Assembly: GCA_965199495.1 (NCBI GenBank)
Contig: CBDASK010000003.1
Span: forward strand, 224,001 to 288,000
Origin: Abditibacterium sp.
GTDB taxonomy: Bacteria > Armatimonadota > Abditibacteriia > Abditibacteriales > Abditibacteriaceae
Reading direction: 5' to 3'
DNA length: 64,000 nt
In this document: positions 48,738 to 58,355 of the stretch, piece by piece
Numbering within the stretch: the first letter of the stretch is position 1
Layout of the letters: every line of letters begins with the position of its first letter
Program-made: the position numbers and the translations under genes
Notes under the pieces: model-generated
What the model was told of the DNA's origin: nothing
Databases searched by the model: none
The model's input: only the letters and a program-made list of their open reading frames with translations

Positions 48738-49925
48738 TTATGCCTCGACCAACTCGTGCGCGTTGGCGCGCGCTTTCATCTTTTCAATCGCTTGCATCAT
48801 CAACTCTTCGTCCACTTCGTGAACATTGAAACCTTCGCCAATCGAGCGCAACATTTGAATCGTCAGCTCGCCGCCCAAATGTTCGCGAAATTCGCGCAAG
48901 CCGCGAAACACCGAGTCGGGATGATCCAAATCATCGGCGTGATTATCCAATTCGGGCGTGTATAAATCGAAGCCGACGGCTTCGAGCGTTTGCAAAACGC
49001 GTTCGGCGTCTTCGTCGCAAATCCAACCTTGCAACGCCGAATACGTCACATCCAATGCCAGACCAATCGCGACGGCTTCGGCGTGACGCAACCGATAATC
49101 AGTGACTTGTTCCAATTTATGCGCCGACCAATGGCCGAAATCCAAGGGGCGCGAACTGCCCATTTCAAACGGATCGCCACCCTCGCAAATGTGGCGGACG
49201 TGCAATTGCGCGCAACGATGAATCAGTTCGCCCATCGCGCCCATGTCGCGCGCGGCGAGCTTGTCGGCGTTGGCTTCGATGAAATCGAAAAAATCGGCGT
49301 CTTTGATCAAAGCGACTTTAATCGCTTCGGCGATGCCGCCGCGCCATTCGCGGTCGGGCAAAGTTTCCAAAAACTTGAAATCGTTTAACACGGCATAAGC
49401 GGGCGCGAAGGTGCCGATGAAGTTCTTTTTGCCGAAGAAATTAATGCCGTTTTTCACGCCGACGCCCGAATCGTTCTGGCTTAAAGTTGTCGTTGGCACG
49501 CGCAATAAACGGATGCCCCGGTGCGCCGTGGCTGCGGCGTAGCCGACCAAATCGAGAATCGCGCCGCCGCCGATGACGGCGAGGTAAGAATGCCGGTCTA
49601 AACCGGTTTCGTTGACGGCGGTTTGAATTTCCAAAACCAGTTCGGGCCGGTTCTTGATATTTTCGCCGCCTTCCAAAAGCAAAACTTCGCCCACCAATTC
49701 GAGTTCGTTGTGGGCGGCAAAATAAGACTCGATGCGCGTTTTCACGTCGCAAAAATCGTTGACGGATTGGTCAACAACCCACAAAATGCGCGTCGGTTTG
49801 GCGAGCGCATCGTCGCCGCGCACGACTTGAATCAAAAGGGAATTTTCGGGAGCAAACAGGTCGGTAGTGAAATGAACGTCGTAATTAAAAGCGACTTGAA
49901 CGTGTCCTTGAATAGGTTGCAACAT
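48738..49925 (-). CDS. 3-dehydroquinate synthase-like sugar-phosphate cyclase (EboD-like)
   Basis: GGENIKN, DRHSY..GGGAILD, RVPTTTLSQNDSGVGVKNG, RPLDFGHWSAHKLE, LRHAEAV. Confidence 0.85.
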   Translation of the reverse strand: MLQPIQGHVQVAFNYDVHFTTDLFAPENSLLIQVVRGDDALAKPTRILWVVDQSVNDFCDVKTRIESYFAAHNELELVGEVLLLEGGENIKNRPELVLEIQTAVNETGLDRHSYLAVIGGGAILDLVGYAAATAHRGIRLLRVPTTTLSQNDSGVGVKNGINFFGKKNFIGTFAPAYAVLNDFKFLETLPDREWRGGIAEAIKVALIKDADFFDFIEANADKLAARDMGAMGELIHRCAQLHVRHICEGGDPFEMGSSRPLDFGHWSAHKLEQVTDYRLRHAEAVAIGLALDVTYSALQGWICDEDAERVLQTLEAVGFDLYTPELDNHADDLDHPDSVFRGLREFREHLGGELTIQMLRSIGEGFNVHEVDEELMMQAIEKMKARANAHELVEA

Positions 49926-50149
49926 GAGACTTTTCGCGCCAAGTTTTGCCGTTTGCGGACGACAAGAGTCGGCGGCAAACGAACGATAAATTGGGGTTGG
50001 GCGCGAGCCATTTCATTTAACAAATGGCGTGCCTTTTCCGGCAGAGAATTCCCTTGCTAAGCGGGGAGAAACCCTTGATTTCCAAAACTTTTTGCAATAA
50101 CAGAAAACGTTAAACTCAGCGGCGCTTCGCTTGCGAAGAGAAACTTTCC

Positions 50150-51082
50150 ATGAAAATTTTAGTCACTGGCGGCGCCGGTTTTATTGGCTCCCACCTCTGC
50201 GACGCGTTTGCCCGCGATAACCACGTAGTCGCGGCTTTGGACAACCTATCGAGCGGCGAAAATCTGGCGCCGCAAACCCGATTATTTCAAATTGATATTC
50301 GCGACGCCGACGCGGTCGCGCGCGCGATGCGCGAGTTCGCGCCCGATTGCGTGGTTCACTGCGCGGCGCAAATGGATGTGCGAACCTCGGTCGCCGACCC
50401 GGCGTTCGATGCGAGCGTAAATATCGTCGGCGGCTTGAACGTGTTGGGGGCGGCGCAAAGCGCGGGCGCGACGCGGTTCATTTTTGCCTCGACGGGCGGC
50501 GCGATTTATGGCGAACCCGCGCAGATGCCGGTGCCCGAAAGCGCGCCCAAAAATCCCGAATCGCCTTATGGTTTGAGCAAAGCGAGCTTCGAGAATTATC
50601 TCGCGCTGACGAGCAAACGCGGCGAGATCGTGCCGGTTGTTTTGCGCTACTCCAACGTTTATGGCCCGCGTCAGGGCGTGGGCGGCGAGGCGGGCGTCGT
50701 CGCGGTTTTCGCCCAACGATTGTTGAACGGCCAAACCTGCACGATTTTCGGCGATGGCACGTCAGCCCGCGATTACGTTTATGTCGGCGATGTCGTCGCT
50801 GCCAATGTCGCCGCTTTGACGCGCGGCGATAATCAGCAAATCAACATCGGCACGGGCGAATTGACAACTATCGAAGAAGTTTTCGCCCAAGTGCGCGCCG
50901 CCGTGGCTGATGTCACGGGCCACGCCGTCGAAAGCGCGCCGGAATATGCGCCGCTTCGTGCGGGCGAAGTCGAAAAAATCAGTCTTGATGCCAGTCGCGC
51001 GCGCGAAGTTTTGGGTTGGACGCCGCAAATGAAGTTCGCCGACGGCGTGCGCAACGCGGTGGATTGGTTGGCGAAACATTAA
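50150..51082 (+). CDS. galE: NAD-dependent epimerase (UDP-glucose 4-epimerase-like)
   Basis: TGGAGFIG, STGGAIYG, YGLSK, RYSNVYGPRQ, RDYVYVGDV. Confidence 0.8.
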   Translation: MKILVTGGAGFIGSHLCDAFARDNHVVAALDNLSSGENLAPQTRLFQIDIRDADAVARAMREFAPDCVVHCAAQMDVRTSVADPAFDASVNIVGGLNVLGAAQSAGATRFIFASTGGAIYGEPAQMPVPESAPKNPESPYGLSKASFENYLALTSKRGEIVPVVLRYSNVYGPRQGVGGEAGVVAVFAQRLLNGQTCTIFGDGTSARDYVYVGDVVAANVAALTRGDNQQINIGTGELTTIEEVFAQVRAAVADVTGHAVESAPEYAPLRAGEVEKISLDASRAREVLGWTPQMKFADGVRNAVDWLAKH

Positions 51083-51092
51083 TGGTGATTAG

Positions 51093-51124
51093 TTGATTTT
51101 TATAACGCTCTGCATTATAAAAAT
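51093..51124 (+). promoter_or_regulatory. TA promoter with overlapping palindromic operator
   Basis: TTGATT-17 bp-TATAAA; palindrome atttttataa-cgctctgca-ttataaaaat. Confidence 0.55.
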
Positions 51125-51148
51125 TGGAGCGTAGACGGGAGGTTAAAC

Positions 51149-51535
51149 GTGAAAATTTACAAGAACAAGCTCTTTGCGACTTTCGCTCGCAAACAAAACA
51201 TCAGCGACGCCGATTTGTGCGACGCCATCGAGCGCGCGGAAAGCGGGTTAATCGATGCTGATATGGGCGGAGGCGTGATTAAACAGCGCATCGCGCGACC
51301 GAACGAAGGCAGATCGGGCGGTTTTCGCACCATCGTTTTCTTTCGCGTGGCAGAGCGCGCGTTTTTCGTTTTTGGCTTTGCCAAAAATCAGCGAGATAAC
51401 ATCAGTCCAAAGGATTTGAAGATATTCAAAGATGCGGCTCAGGTGACTTTGAATTTTACGTCTGAAGAGATAGAAGCGGCTATCGAAGCCGCAAAACTTA
51501 TCGAGGTGAATTGCGATGAAGACCTACAAAAGTGA
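51149..51535 (+). CDS. Type II toxin, RelE/ParE (HigB-like) family
   Basis: FATFARKQ..IDADMGGGVIKQRIAR..GRSGGFRT..FAKNQRDNI. Confidence 0.9.
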   Translation: MKIYKNKLFATFARKQNISDADLCDAIERAESGLIDADMGGGVIKQRIARPNEGRSGGFRTIVFFRVAERAFFVFGFAKNQRDNISPKDLKIFKDAAQVTLNFTSEEIEAAIEAAKLIEVNCDEDLQK

Positions 51536-51830
51536 AATCGCCGGGGCGATGCACGAAATGATGTCCGACTTTCACGAAATCGGCATTGTGTCAAAAAGCA
51601 CGATGCGCGAGTTCGATGAGTTGTGTCTGACGACCATCGAAAAGTTGGCGCCCGACGAAATCAAAGCGGTGCGCGAGCAAACGGCGGTCAGCCAGACCGT
51701 TTTCGCGCGCTATCTGGGCGTGACGCCCGGTTTGGTTTCGCAGTGGGAGCGCGGCGAGCGCAAGCCGAGCGGCCCGGCGCTCAAATTGTTGAATCTGGTC
51801 AAAAACAAAGGTTTAGATTGCATCGCGTGA
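51516..51830 (+). CDS. HTH antitoxin (HigA-like)
   Basis: TMREFDELCL..EIKAVRE..SQTVFARYLGV..SQWERGERKPSGPALKLL. Confidence 0.9.
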   Translation: MKTYKSEIAGAMHEMMSDFHEIGIVSKSTMREFDELCLTTIEKLAPDEIKAVREQTAVSQTVFARYLGVTPGLVSQWERGERKPSGPALKLLNLVKNKGLDCIA

Positions 51831-51839
51831 ATCCAAACC

Positions 51840-51874
51840 AAAGCGGCGAACCTTCAGGCGTTCGCCGCTTTTTT
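51840..51874. terminator. Bidirectional terminator
   Basis: aaagcggcgaac-cttcaggc-gttcgccgctttttt. Confidence 0.7.
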
Positions 51875-53170
51875 GTGGGAGGCTCGTTTGTCCAACGCGT
51901 CCGAAATCGGTTCGGAGAAACGCGTGAGAACCGGGCCGACGACCGCGAGAATTAAGACGTAAGCCGCCGCAATCGGCGCCAGTTGCGGCTCGGCGCTCGC
52001 GCCCAATCCGGCGATAATGATGGAAAACTCGCCGCGCGAAACCAAAGTCAAGCCCGCGCGCAAGCAGCCACGGGCGCCGATGCCTTCCCATTTGGCGACT
52101 TTCCAGCCGGTAAATATTTTGGTCGAAGCCGTAAAAATCGCTAATCCAATCGCGACGGGCAATGCGGGCGGCAAAGTGCCGGGATCGATTTGCAAACCGA
52201 CGAACAGGAAAAAGGTCGCCGCGAACAAATCGCGGAGCGGCGATAATAATTCGCGCGCTTTGTCGGCGACGCTGCCCGACAAAGCGAGGCCAACCAGAAA
52301 TGCGCCGACGCCCGCCGAAACTTGCAGCATTTGCGAGACGCCCGCGACCACCAAAATCAAGCCGAACACCGACAGCAAAACGACTTCGTCCGAGGCGTGC
52401 GAGACCGCTTTGGACAAGCGTTCGCCGAACTTGAGCGCCAATAGCAACACAACTGAAACCGTGACGAGGGCGATGCCGATGGAAATCGAGCCGCGCAAAA
52501 AGCCCTGGCCCAATAACAAAACCGCGACGAGCGGCAGATAGACCGCCATCGCCAAATCTTCCAAAACCAAAAGCGTTAGAATCGGCGGCGTTTCGCGGTT
52601 GCCGACGCGGTTGAGGTCGCCCAGAACTTTGGCGATAATCGAAGACGACGAAATATAAGTCACGCCACCGAGCAAAAGCGCGCCGACGAACGACCAACCG
52701 AGCAAAAATCCCAGCGCCATTCCGGGCAATAAATTGAGCGCCAAATCCAAAGCGCCGCCGCGCGCGCCGCGTTTTAATCCGTTGGATAATTCTTCGCCGG
52801 TATATTCGAGGCCGAGCATGAAGAGCAGCAAAACCACGCCGATTTCGGCGCCGGTTTCGATGAACCCGGCGCTGACCGGCAGTTTGACGAATCCGCCGAC
52901 GCCCAAAAATAAGCCCGCCAATAAATAAAGTGGAATTGGCGTGAGGCCGACGCGCGAGGCCAAGCGCGCCAGAAACGCGAGTGCGATGATGACGATGCCC
53001 AGTTCGACAAACAGTTCGGCGGTGTGCGCCAGCGTTTCGGCGGCGGGCGAGGGCGCGCCACCAACGGGCGCGTTGGCCACGCCGACGGCATTAGCCACGG
53101 CGTCGGCCACCGATTCGGGCGGAGCCGCGTTTTCCAGAACGCCGTCATCGGCGATGAATTGAAGCGGCAT
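51854..53170 (-). CDS. CPA2 cation:proton antiporter (KhtU/YhaU-like)
   Basis: EIGVVLLLFMLGLE, YISSSSIIAKVL, LVLEDL, SRGEFSIIIA. Confidence 0.9.
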   Translation of the reverse strand: MPLQFIADDGVLENAAPPESVADAVANAVGVANAPVGGAPSPAAETLAHTAELFVELGIVIIALAFLARLASRVGLTPIPLYLLAGLFLGVGGFVKLPVSAGFIETGAEIGVVLLLFMLGLEYTGEELSNGLKRGARGGALDLALNLLPGMALGFLLGWSFVGALLLGGVTYISSSSIIAKVLGDLNRVGNRETPPILTLLVLEDLAMAVYLPLVAVLLLGQGFLRGSISIGIALVTVSVVLLLALKFGERLSKAVSHASDEVVLLSVFGLILVVAGVSQMLQVSAGVGAFLVGLALSGSVADKARELLSPLRDLFAATFFLFVGLQIDPGTLPPALPVAIGLAIFTASTKIFTGWKVAKWEGIGARGCLRAGLTLVSRGEFSIIIAGLGASAEPQLAPIAAAYVLILAVVGPVLTRFSEPISDALDKRASHKKAANA

Positions 53171-53179
53171 GAACTTCCT

Positions 53180-53677
53180 TTAGTCGCAACGCCCGTTTTG
53201 CAACAGTTGATGCGCGCGCACGACGCACGACGGCGCGCCGACAATAACCGCCGTATCGCCCGCGCGCAAACGAAAATTGCCGTCGTTAATTGGAATCGGC
53301 TCGCCGTGACGCATAATCGCGACGACAACCACGCCGGTTTCGTCGTAGATGCGCGTATCGGCGATGGAAAGCCCGCTGCACTTCCAATCGGGCGCAATCA
53401 TCAGCCAGTCCAAAGCCATGCCGTCCACTTCGTTGCGCACGCGATGCTGCTCGATTTGCACTTGGGGGCGCGCGCCCAACAAATCGGCGAGCGTTTCGGC
53501 ATCGTCGGAGTCCAAACGGATCGAGCGCGCGCATGCGTCGGGATCGTTGGCCGAGAAAATCAACAAATCTAAACGGCCCGAACGATGGGTAATCGCGCCC
53601 AAACGCTCGCCACTTTTGGTCTCAAATTCGTGCCGCACGCCCACGCCGGGGAGGGTGGTTTCCTTAATTCTGGTCAT
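53180..53677 (-). CDS. K+/H+ antiporter regulatory subunit with RCK_C (KhtT/YhaT-like)
   Basis: IKETTLPGVGVR..TGVVVVAIMR..LRAGDTAVIVG. Confidence 0.88.
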   Translation of the reverse strand: MTRIKETTLPGVGVRHEFETKSGERLGAITHRSGRLDLLIFSANDPDACARSIRLDSDDAETLADLLGARPQVQIEQHRVRNEVDGMALDWLMIAPDWKCSGLSIADTRIYDETGVVVVAIMRHGEPIPINDGNFRLRAGDTAVIVGAPSCVVRAHQLLQNGRCD

Positions 53678-53749
53678 AGTGATAGGGGAAGCATAACCGA
53701 TACAGCGCGTTCCGGCAGCAGTTGCAAGACAGCAGTAAAATAGAAAGCC

Positions 53750-54655
53750 ATGTCATTATCGCTTCATAACGCCGTCGTGCCGGTGGCTGGTCTGGGCACG
53801 CGGATGTTGCCCGCCACCAAATCGCAGCCCAAAGAGATGCTGCCCGTCGGCAAACGTCCGGTCGTGCAATATATCGTCGAGGAACTCGAAAGCAACGGCT
53901 TCAACCGTATCTGTTTCGTGACGGGCGCGGGCAAACATTCCATCGAAAATCACTTCGATTTCGACCCGACATTAATTCGGCATCTGCGCGAAACCGGCAA
54001 AGAAGAGTTGCTCGAAGAACTCGAATTCGAGCGCAAAGATTTGCGGTTTTTCTACACGCGCCAACGCACGCAGGCCGGTTTGGGCGACGCGATTAAGCAC
54101 GCGCGCGAGTTCGCCGGACGCGCGCCGTTCGCGGTCGCGCTGGGCGATTCGATTCTGGGCCGTCACGCGCAAAGCCGCACGCTTTCGATGATGCGCGATG
54201 TGTTTCTCGATAACTCGTGCGCCGCCGTCGTGGCGTTCGAGACGGTGCCCATCGAAGAAGTCCACCAATACGGCATCGCCGCGCCAGCAGCCACGCCGGA
54301 GCCGGGCGCGGCATTTCGCCTCCGCGATGTCATCGAAAAGCCCGCGCGCGCAGACGCACCCTCGCAACTGGCGATTGCCGCGCGCTACATTTTCGCGCCG
54401 CAAATCTTCGAGGCTTTGGACGAAACCAAACCGGGCAAAGGCGGCGAAATCCAATTGACCGACGCGATTCGCTTGCTCATTCGTGGCGGCGAAACCGTGT
54501 TGGGCGTGAGTTTGCCGCCGGGCGAAATGCGCTACGACATCGGCAACTTCACCTCGTATTTCGAGGCGTTCATCGAGTTCGCGTTGACCGATCCGCAATT
54601 AGGCGCAAAAATGCGCGATTTCACCCGCGATTTGTTGGAGCGCGAAGGGGCGTAA
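53750..54655 (+). CDS. galU: UTP--sugar-1-phosphate uridylyltransferase
   Basis: AVVPVAGLGTRMLPATKSQPKEMLP, GLGDAI, GEIQLTDAI, RYDIG. Confidence 0.9.
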   Translation: MSLSLHNAVVPVAGLGTRMLPATKSQPKEMLPVGKRPVVQYIVEELESNGFNRICFVTGAGKHSIENHFDFDPTLIRHLRETGKEELLEELEFERKDLRFFYTRQRTQAGLGDAIKHAREFAGRAPFAVALGDSILGRHAQSRTLSMMRDVFLDNSCAAVVAFETVPIEEVHQYGIAAPAATPEPGAAFRLRDVIEKPARADAPSQLAIAARYIFAPQIFEALDETKPGKGGEIQLTDAIRLLIRGGETVLGVSLPPGEMRYDIGNFTSYFEAFIEFALTDPQLGAKMRDFTRDLLEREGA

Positions 54656-54656
54656 T

Positions 54657-55658
54657 ATGAAAATTATCACCGAACGCGCTTACGCCCGCGCGGCGTTAGC
54701 TGGCAATCCGTCCGACGGTTACGGTGGCAAAACCATCTCGCTGACGATGAATAATTACGCCGCCAAAGTCGTCGTTTACGAGTGGCCCGAACTCGAAATT
54801 ATTCCCTCGGCTTCGGAAGGCGTGCAGTTTCGCTCGCTGGCCGATTTAAATCTCGATGTCGGGCGCAACGGCTATTACGGCGCGTTGCGCTTGGTCAAGG
54901 CTTCGATTAAACGCTTTTACGATTATTGCGTCGAACACAACGTGGATTTGCCCGACCAAAATTTCTCGATTCGTTACGAAACCGATGTGCCGCGCGGCGT
55001 CGGCATGGCGGGCAGTTCGGCGATTATCGTGGCGACGTTTCGCGCCTTGATGCACTTTTATGGCGTCGAAATTCCCCAGCCGATTTTGCCGAATTGGATT
55101 TTGAGCGTTGAGAAATCCGAATTGGGCATCGAAGGCGGTTTGCAGGATCGCGTCGCGCAGGTTTACGGCGGATTGACCTATATGAATTTCGACGCCGACT
55201 TCACCGCGCGCCACAGCCACGGCGACTACATTTCGCTCGATGCGGCGCGGTTGCCGCCGCTTTATCTGGCGTATCAAACCGAATTGGCCGAACCATCGGA
55301 TGTCGTTCACAACGATTTGCGCGCGCGCTACAACGCGGGCGACAAAGCCGTTCACGCCGCGATGGACGAACTGGCGAACATTACCGAAGCGGCGCGCGCT
55401 GCCATCGAAGGCGGTGACGTGGCTGCTCTTGCGCGCCAGATCAACGCGAATTTTGATGTGCGCGACCGCATCATGAAAGTCGTGCCCGGCCACAAAGCGA
55501 TGATTATGGCGGCGCGTGGCGCGGGCGCCAGCGCCAACTTCGCCGGGTCGGGTGGCGCGATTTTGGGCACATGGAGTGGCGAGCGCATTGACTTCGAGCG
55601 TTTAAAAGAAGCGTTGGGCGCGTTGGGTTGCAAAGTTATCGTGCCGGTTGTCGAATGA
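54657..55658 (+). CDS. GHMP kinase, glucuronokinase-like
   Basis: AYARAALAGNPSDGYGGKTIS, PRGVGMAGSSA, GLQDRVAQVYGGL, FAGSGGA. Confidence 0.82.
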   Translation: MKIITERAYARAALAGNPSDGYGGKTISLTMNNYAAKVVVYEWPELEIIPSASEGVQFRSLADLNLDVGRNGYYGALRLVKASIKRFYDYCVEHNVDLPDQNFSIRYETDVPRGVGMAGSSAIIVATFRALMHFYGVEIPQPILPNWILSVEKSELGIEGGLQDRVAQVYGGLTYMNFDADFTARHSHGDYISLDAARLPPLYLAYQTELAEPSDVVHNDLRARYNAGDKAVHAAMDELANITEAARAAIEGGDVAALARQINANFDVRDRIMKVVPGHKAMIMAARGAGASANFAGSGGAILGTWSGERIDFERLKEALGALGCKVIVPVVE

Positions 55659-55685
55659 AAACATATAGAAAATTATATTATTAAT

Positions 55686-56330
55686 TTACAAAGTCATCGT
55701 CTCCACAATCCCCGCGACTCCCTCGCCGTCAAAGGCGTAAAATTCGACCGCGCCCGCATCAAAATCGGCGAGGGCGAAACATGGATTGCTCCAAGCGGGC
55801 AATGCGCCCGCGTTGATCCAAGTGAGCGGCCCAAACCGCTTGACCATTCGTTGATGCGTATGTCCACCGACGGCAAATCGAAATGTGCCCGCCCACATCA
55901 ACGATTGCAGTTCTTCGTTGCATTCGAGCGCATATCCATAATCGTTGGGCGTCAGTTTGTTCATGTCGTTTTCGCCGACGCCGTGGCACAGCAACAGCGA
56001 ACCGCGTATCGTCTCGAAACTCAAAGTGCGCGGCAGATTTCGCAGAAACGCCAGCGCGTTTGCGCTTAAAAGTTCGCGCGCGACCGAACCTTCGAGATCG
56101 CGCATTTCGTTGTTCAAAAGCCAACGGTCGTGATTGCCGCGCACCGTAGCCACGTCGAAGGCGCGTAATAATTCGCAACACCTTTCGCCATCGCCAAATC
56201 CGTCCACGATGTCGCCGGCGCACAAAATTCGCTCGATATTTTGCGCATTCAGAAAGCGCAACGCGTTTTCTAATTTAAGGTCGCACGCGTGAACATCGCC
56301 GATAAGACCGACGCGAGAAAAGGATTTCAT
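55686..56330 (-). CDS. Metallophosphoesterase (calcineurin-like)
   Basis: GDVH, GDIVD, RGNHD, GGHTH. Confidence 0.88.
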   Translation of the reverse strand: MKSFSRVGLIGDVHACDLKLENALRFLNAQNIERILCAGDIVDGFGDGERCCELLRAFDVATVRGNHDRWLLNNEMRDLEGSVARELLSANALAFLRNLPRTLSFETIRGSLLLCHGVGENDMNKLTPNDYGYALECNEELQSLMWAGTFRFAVGGHTHQRMVKRFGPLTWINAGALPAWSNPCFALADFDAGAVEFYAFDGEGVAGIVETMTL

Positions 56331-56412
56331 TGACTTTAGTTTAAATCGTCTTTTTATTAACGATTGTTCACCTGCGCCCTGCGTTCTCTGCGCACCATTC
56401 CATTTTTTGAAA

Positions 56413-57624
56413 TCAATTTCCGATATGAAACTTGCGCGCGTCCTTGTCGAACGTAGCAGCCACGCCCAAGGCCTTGGCGCTTTCGACGAGTGGCACATAA
56501 AGCGATTTTTCGCCGCGCGTGTTGGGAATCAGAATTGGAGCGGCGGGTAAATTGACTTCGCTCGCCAACTTGCCGGTTTGCATCGTGACCATCGAAGCCG
56601 AACCGGGCGTGAAGCTAATGCGCTTGGCGCCGCGCCGAATCGAGGCGCGTCCAGTTTTGGCGTCGTAAGTCGTGATGGGCTGCGATTTGTCGCCGCTTTG
56701 CCCGACGCGTTGGGCCAGATAGCTGAAACTTACGAATGCCACGCCTTCTTTAACAAAACCCTGCGGCGCGTTGTCAGCCACCTTTTCGATGGTGCCCGCG
56801 CCGTTGCCCACACGCACCGTCACCAAATTATCGAACGTTTTCTCATCCAACATCAGGCTATTGACGGGCCACTCGACCATCCAGAACGGCATGACGCGCT
56901 TGATGCCGATGGTCGCCGTGGATTGCGCTTGCCAGTTCGTCCAACTGTGCCGCAAAATCGCCACGCCGTTTTTGGTTTCGACCGTCGGCTTCCAATGCGT
57001 CGGACGCTCGGCGTTTTCGGGCCATTCCGACGCGCTGACCATCCACAAACCCGACAATGGAATCCGCACTTCGAGATCGGAGCGCCCAACCAAACCCTTC
57101 CAATTTTTGCCGGTAAAATTGTAGGACATCGCTTCATTGACCGCCCATTCGACCGAACCACCCAACGCGGAAAGTGCTGTCACGCGCACTTTTTTGGTTT
57201 CGCGCGGACGAAACGCGACAGTTTTGATCCACCAAATATCGTGATCCGAATCCTTGCCTTTGACGACGGTGCGCGTGGCTTTAACCGTCGCGCCATTGAC
57301 CGTTGTAGCGAAACGCAGAAAGCCCGATTGCTTTTTATCCTCGTTTTCTTCCCAACCGTCGCCATAATTGCTTTCGGGAAACCCCATGCGCACCGTCACC
57401 GCGCGCGACGAATCGTTGACGAACACGAAATTGGCGTCCGTCGCGAATTGCGTCTCATTTTTGAGGGTGAGAATCACTTTCTCGCTTTCCATGCGAATGG
57501 CCGAATTTTCGCCCGTGGAAAGCGTCGGCGAACCCAGAACGCCGGAAAATGAGGCGTCGTTGGCTTTGACTGAAACGGTTAAAAGTAGCAGCGAAAGAGT
57601 AGCCGTGAAATAGGAAAGTTTCAT
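56413..57624 (-). CDS. Secreted protein with DUF4424-like N-terminal and copper-amine-oxidase-N-like C-terminal domain
   Basis: Signal peptide; IRMESEKV..MGFPE; C-terminal LPAAPIL..LYVPL..ALG. Confidence 0.7.
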   Translation of the reverse strand: MKLSYFTATLSLLLLTVSVKANDASFSGVLGSPTLSTGENSAIRMESEKVILTLKNETQFATDANFVFVNDSSRAVTVRMGFPESNYGDGWEENEDKKQSGFLRFATTVNGATVKATRTVVKGKDSDHDIWWIKTVAFRPRETKKVRVTALSALGGSVEWAVNEAMSYNFTGKNWKGLVGRSDLEVRIPLSGLWMVSASEWPENAERPTHWKPTVETKNGVAILRHSWTNWQAQSTATIGIKRVMPFWMVEWPVNSLMLDEKTFDNLVTVRVGNGAGTIEKVADNAPQGFVKEGVAFVSFSYLAQRVGQSGDKSQPITTYDAKTGRASIRRGAKRISFTPGSASMVTMQTGKLASEVNLPAAPILIPNTRGEKSLYVPLVESAKALGVAATFDKDARKFHIGN

Positions 57625-57838
57625 AATCTGATTTCACATTGTAACACGAAACAAATCAAATGTTTTGAGAAATTTAACGGAGAGAAGATAAGACACATAT
57701 TTCGCGAGGAGCGAATTAAACCGACAACAGCGCCGTGGCTGCTGTATCATTCCACAAACTTCGCGCGAAAATGAGACGACAAACGCGCGAGTTTCGCTGC
57801 GGTGCATCCGGCAGAAACGAGCGATATTCACTGAGATT

Positions 57839-58252
57839 TCACCCATTTTCGTTTGGAAGAAAATAAAGGTCGAGATCAATCGAAAGATTCATATCGGCGA
57901 CGAGTTTCAAAGTTTTCGCGGATAAATGAATACCGGGCGTGAAATCTTGATGGTAGTAGACCGCTGCATTAAGCCCGCTACTCCAAAGTTCCGTTGCGGC
58001 TTTTATCGCTTCTTTGTGAGATTCAATTAAATGAAGTAACGCCTCGAAATGCCGCTCAATGTGAGCCGATGAATCCAAAGGGCTATACAATTGCCATTTA
58101 TGAACGCGATGAATCATCTTTGGAAATTGCGCGTTAGGCTGGCCCGGAATTCCAATGGAAGTTGGCTTCATACCAATCAGACGCGTAACCCCAGTAGCAT
58201 CTTCGCCGTAGTTCATAAACCATAAATAAACGCGAGTTTCGTCTTGTTTCAT
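57839..58252 (-). CDS. DUF4279-like protein
   Basis: VTRLIGMKPT..W..GIHLSAKTLKLVADMNLSIDLDLY; low GC. Confidence 0.75.
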   Translation of the reverse strand: MKQDETRVYLWFMNYGEDATGVTRLIGMKPTSIGIPGQPNAQFPKMIHRVHKWQLYSPLDSSAHIERHFEALLHLIESHKEAIKAATELWSSGLNAAVYYHQDFTPGIHLSAKTLKLVADMNLSIDLDLYFLPNENG

Positions 58253-58264
58253 AATTTTCGCTTA

Positions 58265-58305
58265 CAAAAAAGCGAGGCCGGAAACTTTCGTTTCCGACCT
58301 CGCTT
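58265..58305 (-). terminator. Intrinsic terminator after the RRM gene
   Basis: aaaaaagcgaggccggaaac..gtttccgacctcgctt. Confidence 0.7.
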
Positions 58306-58355
58306 GCGAAGTTGATTTTTAAATCGCCCTTGAGCGACTTTGCCAATCGGTTTGA

